From: the human T2T-CHM13v2.0 reference genome, Homo sapiens
Direction: 5' to 3' (one strand)
Assembly (NCBI RefSeq): GCF_009914755.1
Contig: NC_060942.1
Length of the DNA stretch: 64,000 nt
Numbering within the stretch: the stretch's first letter is position 1; each line of letters opens with the position of its first letter. Positions 38,071 to 52,030 of the stretch are shown here, in pieces. Below the pieces are notes generated by a model. That model saw nothing but the letters and a program-made list of their open reading frames with translations. It searched no databases and was not told the origin of the DNA. Both the position numbers and the translations under genes were made by a program.

Positions 38071-41000
38071 TTATTATTTTTTACTTTTTAATTTTTTAAA
38101 CTTATATTTTAGGTTCAGAGATACATGTTATATATATATGTTACATTTGTAAATTGCATGTCATAGGGGGCTGATTTACAAATAAATTGTATCACCCAGA
38201 TAATAAGCATGGTACCCAATAAGTTTTTAATCCTCACCCTCCTCCCACAAGCCACCCTCAAGTAGGCCCCAGTGTCTGTTCCCTTCTTTGTGTCCATATG
38301 TGCTTGATGCTTAGCTTCCATTTATAAGTGAGAACACATGGTGTTTTGTTTTTTGTTTCTGCTCCTTTAGTTTGCTTAAATAATGGCCTCCAACTTCATC
38401 GACGCTGCTGCAGAGGGCTGCATACTATTCCATAGTGTATATGTACCACATTTTCTTTATCCAGTCTACCACTGATGGGTATTTAGGTTGATTCCATGTC
38501 TTTGCTATCATGAATAGTGCTGCAATACACATACATATGCATATCATTTGTATTATTGACGGGTCGAATTCTGCTGTAAATTCTTTCAGAAATCATCAGA
38601 CTGCTTTCCACAATGGCTGAAATAATTTGCATTCCCACCAGCAGTGTATAAGTATTCTCTTCTCCACAACCCCAACAGTATATGTTTTAGTTTTTAATAA
38701 TGTCCATTCTGCCTGCTATTAGTGTCTCATTGTGACTTTAATTTGCATTTCTTTAGTGATTAGTGATGTTGAGCTTTTTTTCATATGCTTGTAGGTCACA
38801 TGTTATGTCTTCTTGGAAAATTGTCTGTTCATATCATTTGCCCAAAAAATAAATGGGATAATTTATTTTTTTACTTGCTGAGTTAAGTTCTTTATAGATT
38901 CTTTATACTAGACCTTTGTCACTTGCATAGTTTGCAAATGTTTTTCCCATTCTGTAAGGTGCAGTTGCCTGTTTACTCTGTTGATAGTTTCTTTTGCTGT
39001 TCAGAAGCTCATTAGCTTATTAAGTACCATTTGCCAATTTTTATTTTTGTTGCAATTGCTTTTGACATCATCATCATAAAATTTTTACCAGGGCCTATAT
39101 ACACAGTGGTATTTCCTAGGTTAATTTCTAGGGATTTTTTATAGTTTTAGGTTTTACATTTAAGTCTTTGATCCATCTTGAGTTGATTTTTGTATATGGT
39201 GTAAGGAAGAGTTTCAGCTTCAATCTCCTGTATGTGGCTAGCCCATACCCCAGTATCATTTGTTGAATAGGGAGTCTTTTCTTCATTGCTTGTTTTTGTC
39301 AACTTTGTTGAAGATCAGATGGTTGTAGGTTTGTGGCATTATCTCTGAGGTCTCTATTCTACTCCATTGGTCTATGTGTCTGTTGTTTTAATTTTTAAAA
39401 AATTTTTTATTTATTTATTTATTTATTTATTTACCAATTCCATGCTGTTTTGGTTACTGTACCCTTGTAGTATAACCTGAAGTCAGGTAATGTGATGTCT
39501 TCAGCTTTATTCTTTTTGCTTAGGATTGCCTTGGGTATTTGGGCTCTTTTATGGTTTCAAATGAATTGTAACATAGTTTTTTTCTAATTCTGTGAAGAAT
39601 CATTGGCAGTTTGATAGAAATAATATTGAATCCATAAATTGATTCTTGCAGTATAACCATTTTAATAATATTGACTCTTCTTATCCTTGAGCATGGAATG
39701 TTTTGTCATTTATTTGTGCTATCTCTTATTTCTTTGAGTGGTGTTTTGTAGTTCTTGTTATAGAGATATCTTGCCTCTTTGGTTAGCTGTATCCCTAAGT
39801 ATTTTATTCTTTTTGTGGCAATTGTGAATGAGATGGTGTTCTTGATTTGGCTCTCAGCTTGTATGTTGGTGTGTAGGAATGCTATTGATTTTTGTACATT
39901 AATTTTGATATCCAGAAACTTGGCTGAAGTTGTTTGTCAGATCAAGGAGCCTCTGGGCAGAGGCTGTGGACTTCTAGATATAGAATCATATCATCTGCAA
40001 ACAGGAATAGTTTGAGTTCCTCTCTTCCTATTCGGATGATTTTTTTTTCTCTTTCCTGATTACTCTAGCCAGGTTTTCTAGTGCTTTATTGAATAAGAGG
40101 GATGAGAGAGGGCATCCTTGTCTTGTTCCAGTCTTCAAGGGGAATGTTTCAGCTTTTGTTCATTTAGTAGGATGTTGGATATGGGTTTGTCATAATGGCT
40201 CTTATTATTTTGAAGTATGTTCCTTCAATTCCTAGATTGTTGAGGGTTTTTCACATAAAGAGATGTCGAATTTTATTGAAAGCCTATTCTACATCTGTTG
40301 AGATAATCATGTGGTTTTCATTTTTAGTCCTGGTTATGTGATGAATCACATTTATTGATTTGCATATTTTGAACCAATCAATCTTGCATCAAAGCCACTT
40401 GATTATAGTGAACTAGCTTTTTAATGTGCTGCTGGATTTGATTTGCTAGTATTTTGTTGAGGATTTCGGTATTTATGTTTGTCAAGAATATTGGCCTGAA
40501 GTTTTTGTTGTTGTTGTTGTGTCCATGCCAGGTTTTGACAAGAGGATGATGCCAGTCTTCATAGAATGAGTTAGGGAGGAGTCCCTTCTCTTCAATTTTT
40601 TGGATGGTTTCTGAAGGAATGGTATCAGCTCTTCTGTATACATCTGGTAGAATTTGGCTGTGAATCCATCTGGTCCTGGGCTTTTTTTTGGTTGGCAGGC
40701 TTCATATCGCTGATTTAATTTTGGAAATCTGGAAACTGGTCAGTTCAGGGATTTAATTTCTTCCTGGTTCAGTCTTGAGAGGTTGTGTGTGTCCAGAAAT
40801 GTATCAATTTCTTTTAGGTTTTCTAGCTTGTGTGCATAGAGATTTTCAAGGTGGTCTCCGAAGGTTTTTTTGTATTTCTGTGAGGTCAGTGATGACATCC
40901 TCTTTGTCAATTCTAATTGTGTTTATTTGGATCTTCTTTATTTTTTCTTTATTATTCTAGCTAGTGGTTAATCCATCTTATTATTTTTTTCAAAAAAAGC

Positions 41001-44000
41001 CTTTAGATTCTTTGATCTTTTGTAATTTTTTTGCCTCTCAATGACCTTCAGTTCTGCTTTGATTTTGGTTATTTCTTGTCTTCTGCTAGCTTTGGGGTTG
41101 ATTTGTTCCTGTTTCTCTAGTTCCTCTGATGGTGATGTTAGGTTGTTAATTTGAGATTTTTCTAACTTTTTGATGTGAGTTTTTCATGCCATAAACTTGC
41201 CTCTAACACTGCCTTAGCTGTATTCCAGAGATGCTTTTATGGTGTATCATCATTCTCATTAGTTTGAAATAATTTGTTTGTTTCTGCTTTAATTTCACTG
41301 TTTACCCTGAGGTCATTCAGGAGCAGGTTGTTTAATTTGCATGAAATTCTATAGCTTGGGGCTATCTTCTTGGTATTGATTTCTATTTTTATTGTGCTAT
41401 GGTCTGAGAGCATCATTGGTTCAATTTCTTTGTTTTTGAATTTTCTGAGAATTGTTTCAAGACCAACTGTGTGGTCAACTTTAGAATATGTGCTATGGGC
41501 AGATGATAACAATGTGGATTCTGTTATTTTTTGATGGAGAATTCTATAGATTTCTATTAGGTCTATTTGGTCAAGTGTTGAGTTCAGGTCCCCAATATCT
41601 TTGTTAGTTTTCTGCCTTGGTAATCTGATACTGTCAGTGTTGTGTAGAAGTCGCCCGCTATTATTGTGTGGTTATCTAAGTCTCTTTGTGGGTCTCTATG
41701 AACTGGCTTTATGAATGTGGATGCTCCTGTATTGGGTGTGTATACAGTTGGGAAAGTTACGTCTTCTTGTTGAATTAAGCCCTTTACCATTATGTAGTGT
41801 CCTTCATGGTCGTTTTTGATCATTTTTGGTTTAATGTCTGTTTTGTTTGAAATTAGCATCTCAACCCCTGCTTTTTTCTGTTTTCTGTTTGCTTGGCAGA
41901 TTTGTCTTCATTCCTTTACTTTGAGCCTATGGGTGCCATTGTATATGAGAAGGCTCTTTTAAAGACACTATACCATTGGGTCTTGCTTCTTTTTCCAATT
42001 TGCCACCTTGTGCCCTTTGATTCAGGCATTTAGCCAATTTATGTTCAAGGTTAGAATAGATGTGTGCAGATTTGTTCCTGTCATCATGTTGTTAGCTGGC
42101 TACTATGAAGACTTATTTTTGTGGTTTCTTTACAGTGTCACTGGTCTGTATTCTTAAGTGTGTTTTTGTAGTGTCTGGTAACGATCTTTACTTTTCATGT
42201 CTAGCACTCCCTTTAGGACCTCTTGTAAGGCAGGTCTGGTGATAAAATCCCTTAACATTTGCTTTTTCTGAAATGGATCTTATTTCTCCTTTGATTATGA
42301 AGCTTAGTTGGCTGAATATGCAGCTATTGGTTGAAAATTCTTTGCTTTAAGAATGCTGAATATAGACACCCATTCTGTTCTGCCTTGCAGAGTTTCTTCT
42401 GAAAGATCCACTGTTAGCCTGATGGAGTTTCCTTTGTTGGTTACTTGCCACTTTTTCTGTCTGCCTTTAACATTTTTTTCTTTCATTTTGACCTTGGAGA
42501 ATCTGGTGATTATGTGTCTTGGAGATAGTCATCTCGTATAGTATCTCACAGGAGTTTTCTATATTTCCTGAATTTGAATGTTGGCCTCTCTACCGAGGTT
42601 GGGAAAATTTTTATGGATGATATTGTGAAGTATGTTATCCAACATATTTGAAAGTTGTTTGCTTTCTCTCCCTGTCATTCAGGGACAGCAAAGAGTTGTA
42701 GATTTGGTCTCTTTAGATAATCCCATATTTCTCAGAGGTTTTGTTCATTGTTCATTATTGTTTTTTCTTCATTTTTGTCTGACTGATTATTTTTTCGAAC
42801 AGCAGGTCTTTTAGCTCTGAGATTCTTTTTTCTCAGCTTATTCTATTCTGTTGTTAATACTTGCTATTGTATTCTGAAATTCTGGAAGTGAGTTTTTGGC
42901 TTTATCAGCCCAATTTGGTTCCTTCTTAAAATAGCAATTTCATCTTTCATCTCCCATATAGTTTTATTATATTCCTTTATTGTACTCATGCTCATCAGCC
43001 TGGGCAGGCCAATGGCAGGCTCTGGGCTAGAGCTTTCCATGCAGCCTTTGACAACGGCAATGGTGGTGGCACTGGGCAGGGTTGGCACCTCTGGTGTTAG
43101 TGTGCATGTCTGCACCCACCGTGGTGTCAATGTGGGGACAGGGCACTGGTGGGCATGGGGCTGGTAACTTTTATGCACACATTCATGCCAGCAGCAATGA
43201 TGGCATGGTGTGGGGCTTGGGGGCCACTCATGTCCCTGTGCCTGTTTCTGCTGGTAATGTGGCAAAATGGCACAGCAGCAGGGTGAGGAGTGAGTTCACT
43301 CACTCTGGTAGCAATGGCACAGTAGGGTTCACACACACACACATGAGCCAATGTGGAAGGGGAGGCAAGGCCTGTCCATGTACATGCACAGCAGCAAAGC
43401 AATGAAGGGGTGGCCATGGGTGAGTGTGTGCTGGCAGAGCAGCATGTGGGAGGCGGCAGTGAGGGAAAGGTGCAGATGGGCTCAGGTCTGTTGGCAGGGG
43501 CCACGCCGCTGGAGTTCTTCAATAGTCAGATGCTGCCTGCCAGCACAGGAGTTAGGATGTGGGTCCCTGGAGGCACTAAGGCTGGACATCTGAGGCTGCC
43601 TGCTCACGCAAGCAGGCACCACCAGCCTGGAGCCCTGGAAGAGGCCAGCAGACAGAAGGGTGCTCATGTCAAACTGGCCCCATCTCACCAGCAAAATCAC
43701 CCTACTCTGCTGAGATCCAACAGTTCCCCCAAGGCTAGAGTGTCCTAGGTGAGCATTGTGAGCCTTGGGGGATAGGTGTCCCAGGCTGTGCTCCCTGCAA
43801 ATATTCCCACTCCAAGCCCTCTGGGCTCCACACAGGCTAGAGTCCTGCCCCTACCACCTGTCTAAGCAGCCTCCCTGCCAGCTCAAGTGTCTGTGGGGGC
43901 CTTGGGGTCTCCTATTGTCAGGATTCCAGAGATCCGTGGTAAGAGTGGGTTGCTCCTCACCTGCTTGACTCATCCCTACTCCAGGAGTCACTGGGGACTA

Positions 44001-44153
44001 GTAAAAAGTCCCAGTGCATAGTACTCTCATACAAGGTTTCCAGCTTCCTCCCCACTCACAGCATCTGTGCCTTCCCTACGTCCAGCTTCATTCTCTTCCT
44101 CACGTCCTGGTCCCTCTTAGATGTTCCTTCCAGCTGCCTCTAGTCAACCATCT
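38071..44153 (-). mobile_element. Near full-length decayed L1PA15/16-like element
   Basis: T-rich tail and 3' UTR at left; ORF2 EN peptides (EGHYIMVKG, GDFYT, SDHSTIKIEI, NNLLLND); ORF1 peptide GNSIRLTVDLSEETLQ; GC-rich 5' UTR ending near aagatgg on minus; possible TSD tgctgac (38064-38070, 44154-44160). Confidence 0.93.
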
Positions 44154-46409
44154 TGCTGACAAAAAAATTTAAAAATAATAAAAAAAGAAAATCTACCATC
44201 ATATGGTTATATTTCAGAGCACATTCATCCTTTCTAAAAGTTATTTTGTATAATAAAATAGACAAAATAATACAATAGGTCTTCTGAGTGTTAAATGAAA
44301 TAATGTTGCAAACAGCCCAGCACTACCCTGATATTGGTAGTAGTATATTAATTCCCTCTACCTCTAATGTTATATTTGGTACTGGTCTGGGTGGATTTTA
44401 TCAGCACAAGTATGTATTTCAATACTCAAGATAGTTATATATATTATTGAAAATGAATAAATTAGCTTTAAGTTTTGGTTATTATTAGTCAAATTCATCA
44501 GTGCCTTATTACATTAAGAAAAATTGTAATTATTATTTTGAGGTCTGTCAAGCTTAACAGCAATTTTTCATATTACAGTTGATCATTACCAAGATTCAAT
44601 AGCCTCTTAACTTTCAGTTAAGACATCATGCTCACTTTTTATATAATTCTCTGTTGATCTGTGTTTATTTTTATATATAGGAGGATTGTTCAAATCACAG
44701 TGGTAGCGAGAAATAAATATGGTAATAATTTCCATATTACATTTTGAGTTATGCTTTCTTCTTAAAATTATGTATCTGAGAACTAAAATTGTACATACTT
44801 CCTGTCTTTAGTAAATTTTAACTCATGGCATATTGGAAGACTTTTACTTTGTATACCTTAGATAAGGAAACTAGGGCACTAAAGTTTTTACATATGTAGG
44901 GATCATGTAGGAAGATTCTGTCTCATTTGTATGTGGCAGACATCCCCTAGATGTATGTAGTAGTATAGGTTAAGATGAAATAAAAGACACAAATGTTAGC
45001 CTTCTCAGGGGGTTCTTATTTGATTCCAATTATTAGAGCAGATTTTGCAATCTAGGCTGAAGGTACAAGCTCATTTCACATGGGTCAAAAACAGTCACTG
45101 AGGTTAATGACTTTTTGTCATTACTAACCTGACTCAAATCTGAACTGGTGACCTAGAAGTAAAAGACTGAGTATGCCACAAATCCCCTGATTGCTTTCTC
45201 TAATTTATATCTTAATTTTTTTTACTTATAATAAGTGATAGCATCAAACTCTTAAAATTGTATGTGAAATCATTTTATGAACCATTTACTTCAAGATATA
45301 TTTGTCATATTTAATATGTACCTGTTGTTAATACATATTGTCTTCCAGAATTTCAAAAATGCGTATTTTCCTAAATTTTTCCAGGTGGCATTTGCACATC
45401 TTTTTCAAGTGGTTCTATAGAATTAAAATCACTGCTGTCTACAGCAGTCAGATAAATCCAGCACCTTCTTAAATAATATATATGTTGCTTATTGGTTATA
45501 ATTGACTTTTCCACCAGTGATTGGAGCTGGTTTGTTGCATTTTTAACTATTGTGTGAAGGCAATTCCTTCATCAGGCAAGTATTATAGATGTACATTCTG
45601 TTAACTCCTGCCAGTTCTGCTGGTGATTTTCATCCAAGTATTTCTCTCAAGTTAAAAAATGTAATTTGTTATTGTAGGTATCTTCCAAAGACAATAGAAA
45701 TGGCTGCTTGGAATTGAGATTTAATTTGTTCATAAAACAAAAACAACAAAAAAAGGAATTTGAACAGAGATTATTTCAGACTTAGAAAATCAAGCACCTT
45801 CTATTGTGTAATATTTGGGAGGGAATACACAGGTAAGCACCTAATTTAGTTAGCAGAAGCAAATGTAATAGATGCTACCATATATTATTCCTTAAAATAT
45901 ATATTATTCCTTAAACATGCATTACATATATCAGGACTGAATAATGCTTCTGTTCTTTCTTGTCCTCCTTCTCTTCCTTTTCCTTCTGTGTACAATAGTG
46001 AGTGAAGTGCCATTGCTGTCCTGTTGAGATTATTTGAAATAAACAACTTGAAGAGAATAGTTCCCTTATCATTAACAAAGCATAACTTTCCTGGATTCAA
46101 GTATTTGCAGAAATGTGTGTGTTATGTGTGTGTCTGTACATAAATGCATGTGCTCCCAGGTGTTGGAGACAGAGACAGGTGCTATTGGAGATCGCAATCA
46201 TTCATTTTTCTAGTATCATCAATAAAACCACGTGCTAGAATATTGTAGAAAAATAAGATTCTATCCGTAGACTAATTTCTCTCTAAAATAAAAATATAAG
46301 GCATTGATAGGACTTAATGTTTCAAGTTTGCTTTCAAGATCACTAAGGTACCGGAAATTTTGTAAAGCAATTGCAGACATATACAGTGTGAGCATCACTC
46401 TACAAATGA

Positions 46410-46736
<327 letters not shown>

Positions 46737-47339
46737 GAGATTCTTCTTTTTGAAAATTTTAGGACCATTAAGAGATTAAAAAATAAACCACAGTCAAGAC
46801 AGCAACAAAAAACATAAATACTAATATCATACTTCCATATGCATATCTATATTGTGATGTACAGTGAAAGAAAATTATGTGTTGATCTACCTCATTTTTT
46901 TGGTAAGAGTTTACATTTATGTCCATATCTGATCTTAAAAATTAGATATCCAAAAGAGCAGAGGCTCCTTATTGAAATTAGTCAACCCGCTTCCATGTAT
47001 TCCATTATATTAAAAACTGATAATCCTGTTTTATATATACAATGCTATAACATCTATACTGTATGACATAAATTGCTGGACATTCTCTTAAGAACTTTGG
47101 TATATAGAATAAACCTTGTCTTCTTAGAGCAAACCAAAGATATTCCGTCTTAGCCATGTGGAGAAAAAAATTGGATGAGCTCAGAGAAAAAATATAGCCT
47201 TATTATACTTGGGCACCTCAGGGCTAAAGTTGACTGAAACAGCAAGGGGTATCTTTAGTCTGGTGAAAATAATAAATATTTAATTAGGTTGAAGGGATGC
47301 ACTAGCAATCAGCAGAGTAGACTGACAGTTGGGATTCTG

Positions 47340-47700
47340 TCAGAAGATTGTCAAGTATTATATTACTCAAGAGTGACGTGAAATCAAGAACTGAATGACA
47401 GTAGTTGACAGAAATGTAATTCTCAAGAAACATATCTTTAAATCTCTAATTAAGCATGATGGCAAGCATAAGCAAGGATAGCCTACTGAGTAACAAGGAA
47501 TATGTGCTCTCATTCCAATTTTATCTTTTTTAGGGCTAGTTAAGTAAGTTAATAGAACTTTGTGAGATGAGGTAGATGCTTATATGTGCTTTGTAAAAGC
47601 TTTAAATTGACAGAATACTCTGGCCAAAAATCTGATAATCAACTGTTTTACAATTCAGTTGTGTAGTGTAATTGTTAAATTGATGAAATGTTTAAAATGA
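47340..47700 (+). mobile_element. Possible CR1/L3 LINE RT remnant
   Basis: gtagatgcttatatgtgctttgtaaaagctttaaattgac resembles the CR1 VDxxYLDFxKAFD-encoding region; very diverged. Confidence 0.4.
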
Positions 47701-48189
47701 AAGAAGGAAAGAAAGTAATATTTACTGAAATCAGGAATGTTGTATTTTAAAAGCATAGAATGTGTGTAAGACATTGTATGTAATATAAAAGTGCTGCTGA
47801 GACTACTACTAACACTATTACTATTAAGATTATTATTCTTTCCTCATCACAATAAACCACGGAGACTGGCATCATCTTCATTTTATAGACACGTAAATGG
47901 AAGTTAGTGACAACAAAGGCATGTCATTGCTACATTCATTCATATAGTGGTTGTGTATTTGCTGTGCCTGAAATTGTCCTTTAAAAGTTATATTCTTACT
48001 TGTTAAATAAAATAATCACTAGTGAGCTTTCAGAGGATATTTAGAATGTTTGTTTCTTATATTTGGAATCAGAAGATTGTTTTAAAAACTATATGCACCT
48101 TTTATGCTATATTTAGTAATATAAGTTTTTAAGGCTGTAAGTTTGTCTTGAGCACATTACATTAACTTGCATTACCTATTCAAATAAAT

Positions 48190-50785
48190 AAACTTAGAAA
48201 AAGTGAACAATAAGAAGAGTAGAAGGAAATAATAATGAAGATATTAAAAGAAATGAATTCATTTGTTAAATTCATTAAATAACTTTCTCAGAGGAAAATT
48301 AACAAAATGTTTATGAAAATGAGAAAAACAAATAAGATTAAAGCTATCAAAGGAGAAACTAAATGTATAATGAAGTGCACATTAAATATGTACAGCATTT
48401 TATCTATTAGTCTTACTTTCATAAAGAGGTTTAAAAAATAAAAAAGAGAAACAGGCACAGCAGCAAGATAAATGTTTGAAATTCCAAGAGAATAATTTGC
48501 CAAATTGTATGGAAATATATTTGACAACTTGAAAAAAATGAATAATTGACTAAAAAAATTACCATTCACAATTTGTCAAAAGAGATAAGACTAAAATTGA
48601 ATACTAAAGAGTACACAATTAATCCTAAAATGGCAGGAAAGAGAAAAAAAAGGAACAAAGAATAAATAGTCCTGTTAAGAAACAAATAGCAAGATGATTA
48701 TGTAACACAAGAATCACCAGTCACATTAATGTAAATATTCTAAACTCCAAGTAAAAGTTCAAATAAGATTAAATAAGAGAAGAATATCCAATTATAGGTG
48801 TAAAAATGTTTTTAATATAAGGACACAGGTTAGAAAGTAAGAGTTAAAAATTACATATATATAATCTTGTACAAATTAATATTGTTTGTTAATTTTGTAT
48901 AAATATATAAACCATATATATATATTTGTATTTGAAGACTTTACATAGAAGCAAAGGCCATAGAAAAGTTATTCTACAAATGTTCAACAAATGGACCTTG
49001 GGCTATGGTATGGGGGAAATAATAACATTCCCCATTAACATAGACACTACAATTCTTAAGAAAATAATAGCAGACAAAATTGATCAATACATAATAATAT
49101 TAATACATCATAAATAATTGGGCTTATCAAAGTCATGCCAGTTTGGTTTAACATTTAAAACTCAATCAATGTAATTCACCATTTATTCCTAAAAAAGATC
49201 ATATGTATGAAGATCTAAATCGATAAAGAAAAGCATTTAAAAAAGTATCATTCATTCATAACTAAATATGCACATGCAAAACAAAAGAGATAGTAACTAA
49301 AATTGGGGGGAACTTCCCCTACCTAGTAAAGGTAATCTTTGAAAAAGAAAAATCTATAGCCATCATTACACTTAGTGCTGAAAAACAGAACTTGTCATCT
49401 GTAATATCAGCAACAAGGCAAGGATATATGCTCTCATCACTTTTCTTCCCTATCTTACTAGAGGGCATAGCCAGAGAAATAAAGCAAGAAAAGGATTAAA
49501 GGCTAAACGATTTGAAAGGAAAATAAACAAAACTTTCTTTACTCACAGATGATATAAAATATGCATAGAAAGCCTAAGATGCTAGAATTTATAAATAAAT
49601 TTCTAGATCATAGTATATAAGGTAAATATGCAAAAATATATTTCTATACACTAGTAACAAATAACAAAAATAAATTTTCAATTACCATATACAATATCTT
49701 GACCAACATGAAGAACTTAAAATCAATTTAACAAAACATATTCAAGACCATTTCACTGAAATTTACAAAATGTCACTAAAATCTACTTAATAAAATACAA
49801 ATAAGATGGACACATACATGAATTTTATGGAATGGAAAGTTCTGTGTTGTTGTGATGTTAATTCTAGTAAAATTGATCTATGGATTCGACAAGATTTCAT
49901 TGAAATTCTCAGAATTAATATGACGACTCATGAAAAGAACCTCAACTACCCAAAACAATTTTTAAAATAAAATATGTCACAGGACTTCTAATAATTGATT
50001 TAAAGACATACCTTAAAGCTACACTGATCAAGTGAATCTTGTAGTTGTATTAAGAGAGACATATAGATCAATGGAACAGAATAAAGAATACAGAAATGGA
50101 GTCAGGCATATATTTTTAAATACTTTTGAAAAAGGCACCAAAGTCATTCAATGGGGAAAGTGCTTTTCAAAAAATAATGTAGATGAACAGGATATTTTGC
50201 TAAAAAATAAACTTTGACTTTTAACTCACACCATACTTGTTATTTGATCCCAAATATCCTCTCCTTGGTACCCACAAAAAAGCCATGAATACATATAACC
50301 ATAGGGAGATATGTAAAAGAATGCCTGTAGAAACTTCATTCACAGTAGCCAAGAATTGTAAACAACCCAAATGTCCATCAACATATGAAAAGAAAAATAT
50401 CGTGAAGTGTCCATACAATGCCATGCATTACATCACAAAAATGACATAAGCTGCTAATACACATAAAAATACAGACGGAGTTCAAACATACTGAAAAAAA
50501 TTAAGCCATGCACAAAAGACTGGAAACTGTATGTTTCTACTTTTTTTATATTCATGAGTAAGTAAAATTAATTCCCAGTTAAAAAAAGCACATCAGTGAT
50601 CGTCTGAGGCCACAATTGAGGGAAATTGACTACAGAGGGCAGGAGAATACTTTTTGGGATGATAGAAATATTACATTTCTTCATTATGGTGATGGTTACG
50701 AAAGCGTATACCTTTGTCAAAACATAACAAAATGGGTGCATTTTACTATGTGTAATTATAACTCAAAAGGTTGCTTAAAAATTGA
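48190..50785 (+). mobile_element. Cluster of old L1M (ME-like) fragments
   Basis: A-rich ORF2 remnants (ggtttaacatttaaaactcaatcaatgtaattcacc; tactcacagatgatata; gatcaatggaacagaata) and ME-like 3' UTR (aaacaacccaaatgtccatcaaca; gggtgcattttactatgtgtaattata). Confidence 0.75.
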
Positions 50786-51331
50786 TGATGTGTGTGAGGG
50801 TAGTAGCCAATTTTGGAGTGATGTTTTGGGTAGGTGAGAGGTGTTGAGGTATAGTGTACAAGTTGGGGGGATTGGATTTAGAAAGAAGCACATTTTCTCT
50901 ATGATAAGCACAAAGATGTCAGAGTAAGTATGGTTAAAAGGAAACTAAGATTTTCAAAATTACTTGTTTTCTCAGATAAAGATGAGATGGACTTTGATGT
51001 AGAAGTACAGGAAGACTGAGAAAAGAAGATACAGAAAAGAATAGGAATATGATTTAACAAGAGAACTATGAAGTAGCAACTAGAACCAATGGTCCACGTT
51101 AAGCGTGGGGTCATTAAATCAGTCAGCTGTTTGTATGTTTTCTATAGCCACATTGAACAGCTTTTAGAAGAATTTTGGAGTAAGGAGACATTGAAAAGTA
51201 ACCTGAGTTTAATGTGAATTGATTTATTGTTTATTTATGTGTTCAGTCAAGTGAGTAAACAGAGCAAAGAGAGAGGACTGGCTTTACAAAGAAGCAGAAT
51301 TTATCTTTGCTTCTTTTTCAGCAAAAATGAG

Positions 51332-51635
<304 letters not shown>

Positions 51636-51839
51636 CTATCTAAACTAGCTGAGCAAGGAAATAGTAGAACAAAAGAGGTGATCAAACAGTAAAAAATTTT
51701 CAGGGCCAATAGATCCATGCAGTCCACCTGAAAAATTAGCAAAAATAGTTTTAAAATATAGGAGATAAAACACAGCAGAATAATTGAATTTCAAAAATAT
51801 AAAAATGACAAGGTTAATTACCACTATGATCTGAGATCA

Positions 51840-52030
51840 GTGCAAGGTTGTGGCTCCAATACCAACAGACTGGATGAACAAGTAACCCATCCCCTCTGTA
51901 CCCTCAGTTGGTTCATCTTCTCATCTATCTCTGTCACTCAGACCTTCATGTTATAAGCATAATAATTGTACCTAAATCTTAGGTCTGTTTGTATGGATAA
52001 ATGAGACAAAGAATAAAGGCCACTCTTACA
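51840..52030 (+). mobile_element. MIR SINE remnant
   Basis: aacaagtaacccatcccctctgtaccctcagtt...aataattgtacctaaatcttagg...ggataaatgagac. Confidence 0.5.

Noticed and set aside
43082-43968. Cluster of ORFs in a GC-rich region resembling a CpG island or exon
   Set aside because: Falls in an old L1 5' UTR; CpG-depleted and without coherent coding signal.
45881-45915. Short direct repeat tatattattccttaaa (similar small duplications near 8170, 8557 and 31129)
   Set aside because: Ordinary slippage duplications with no further structure.
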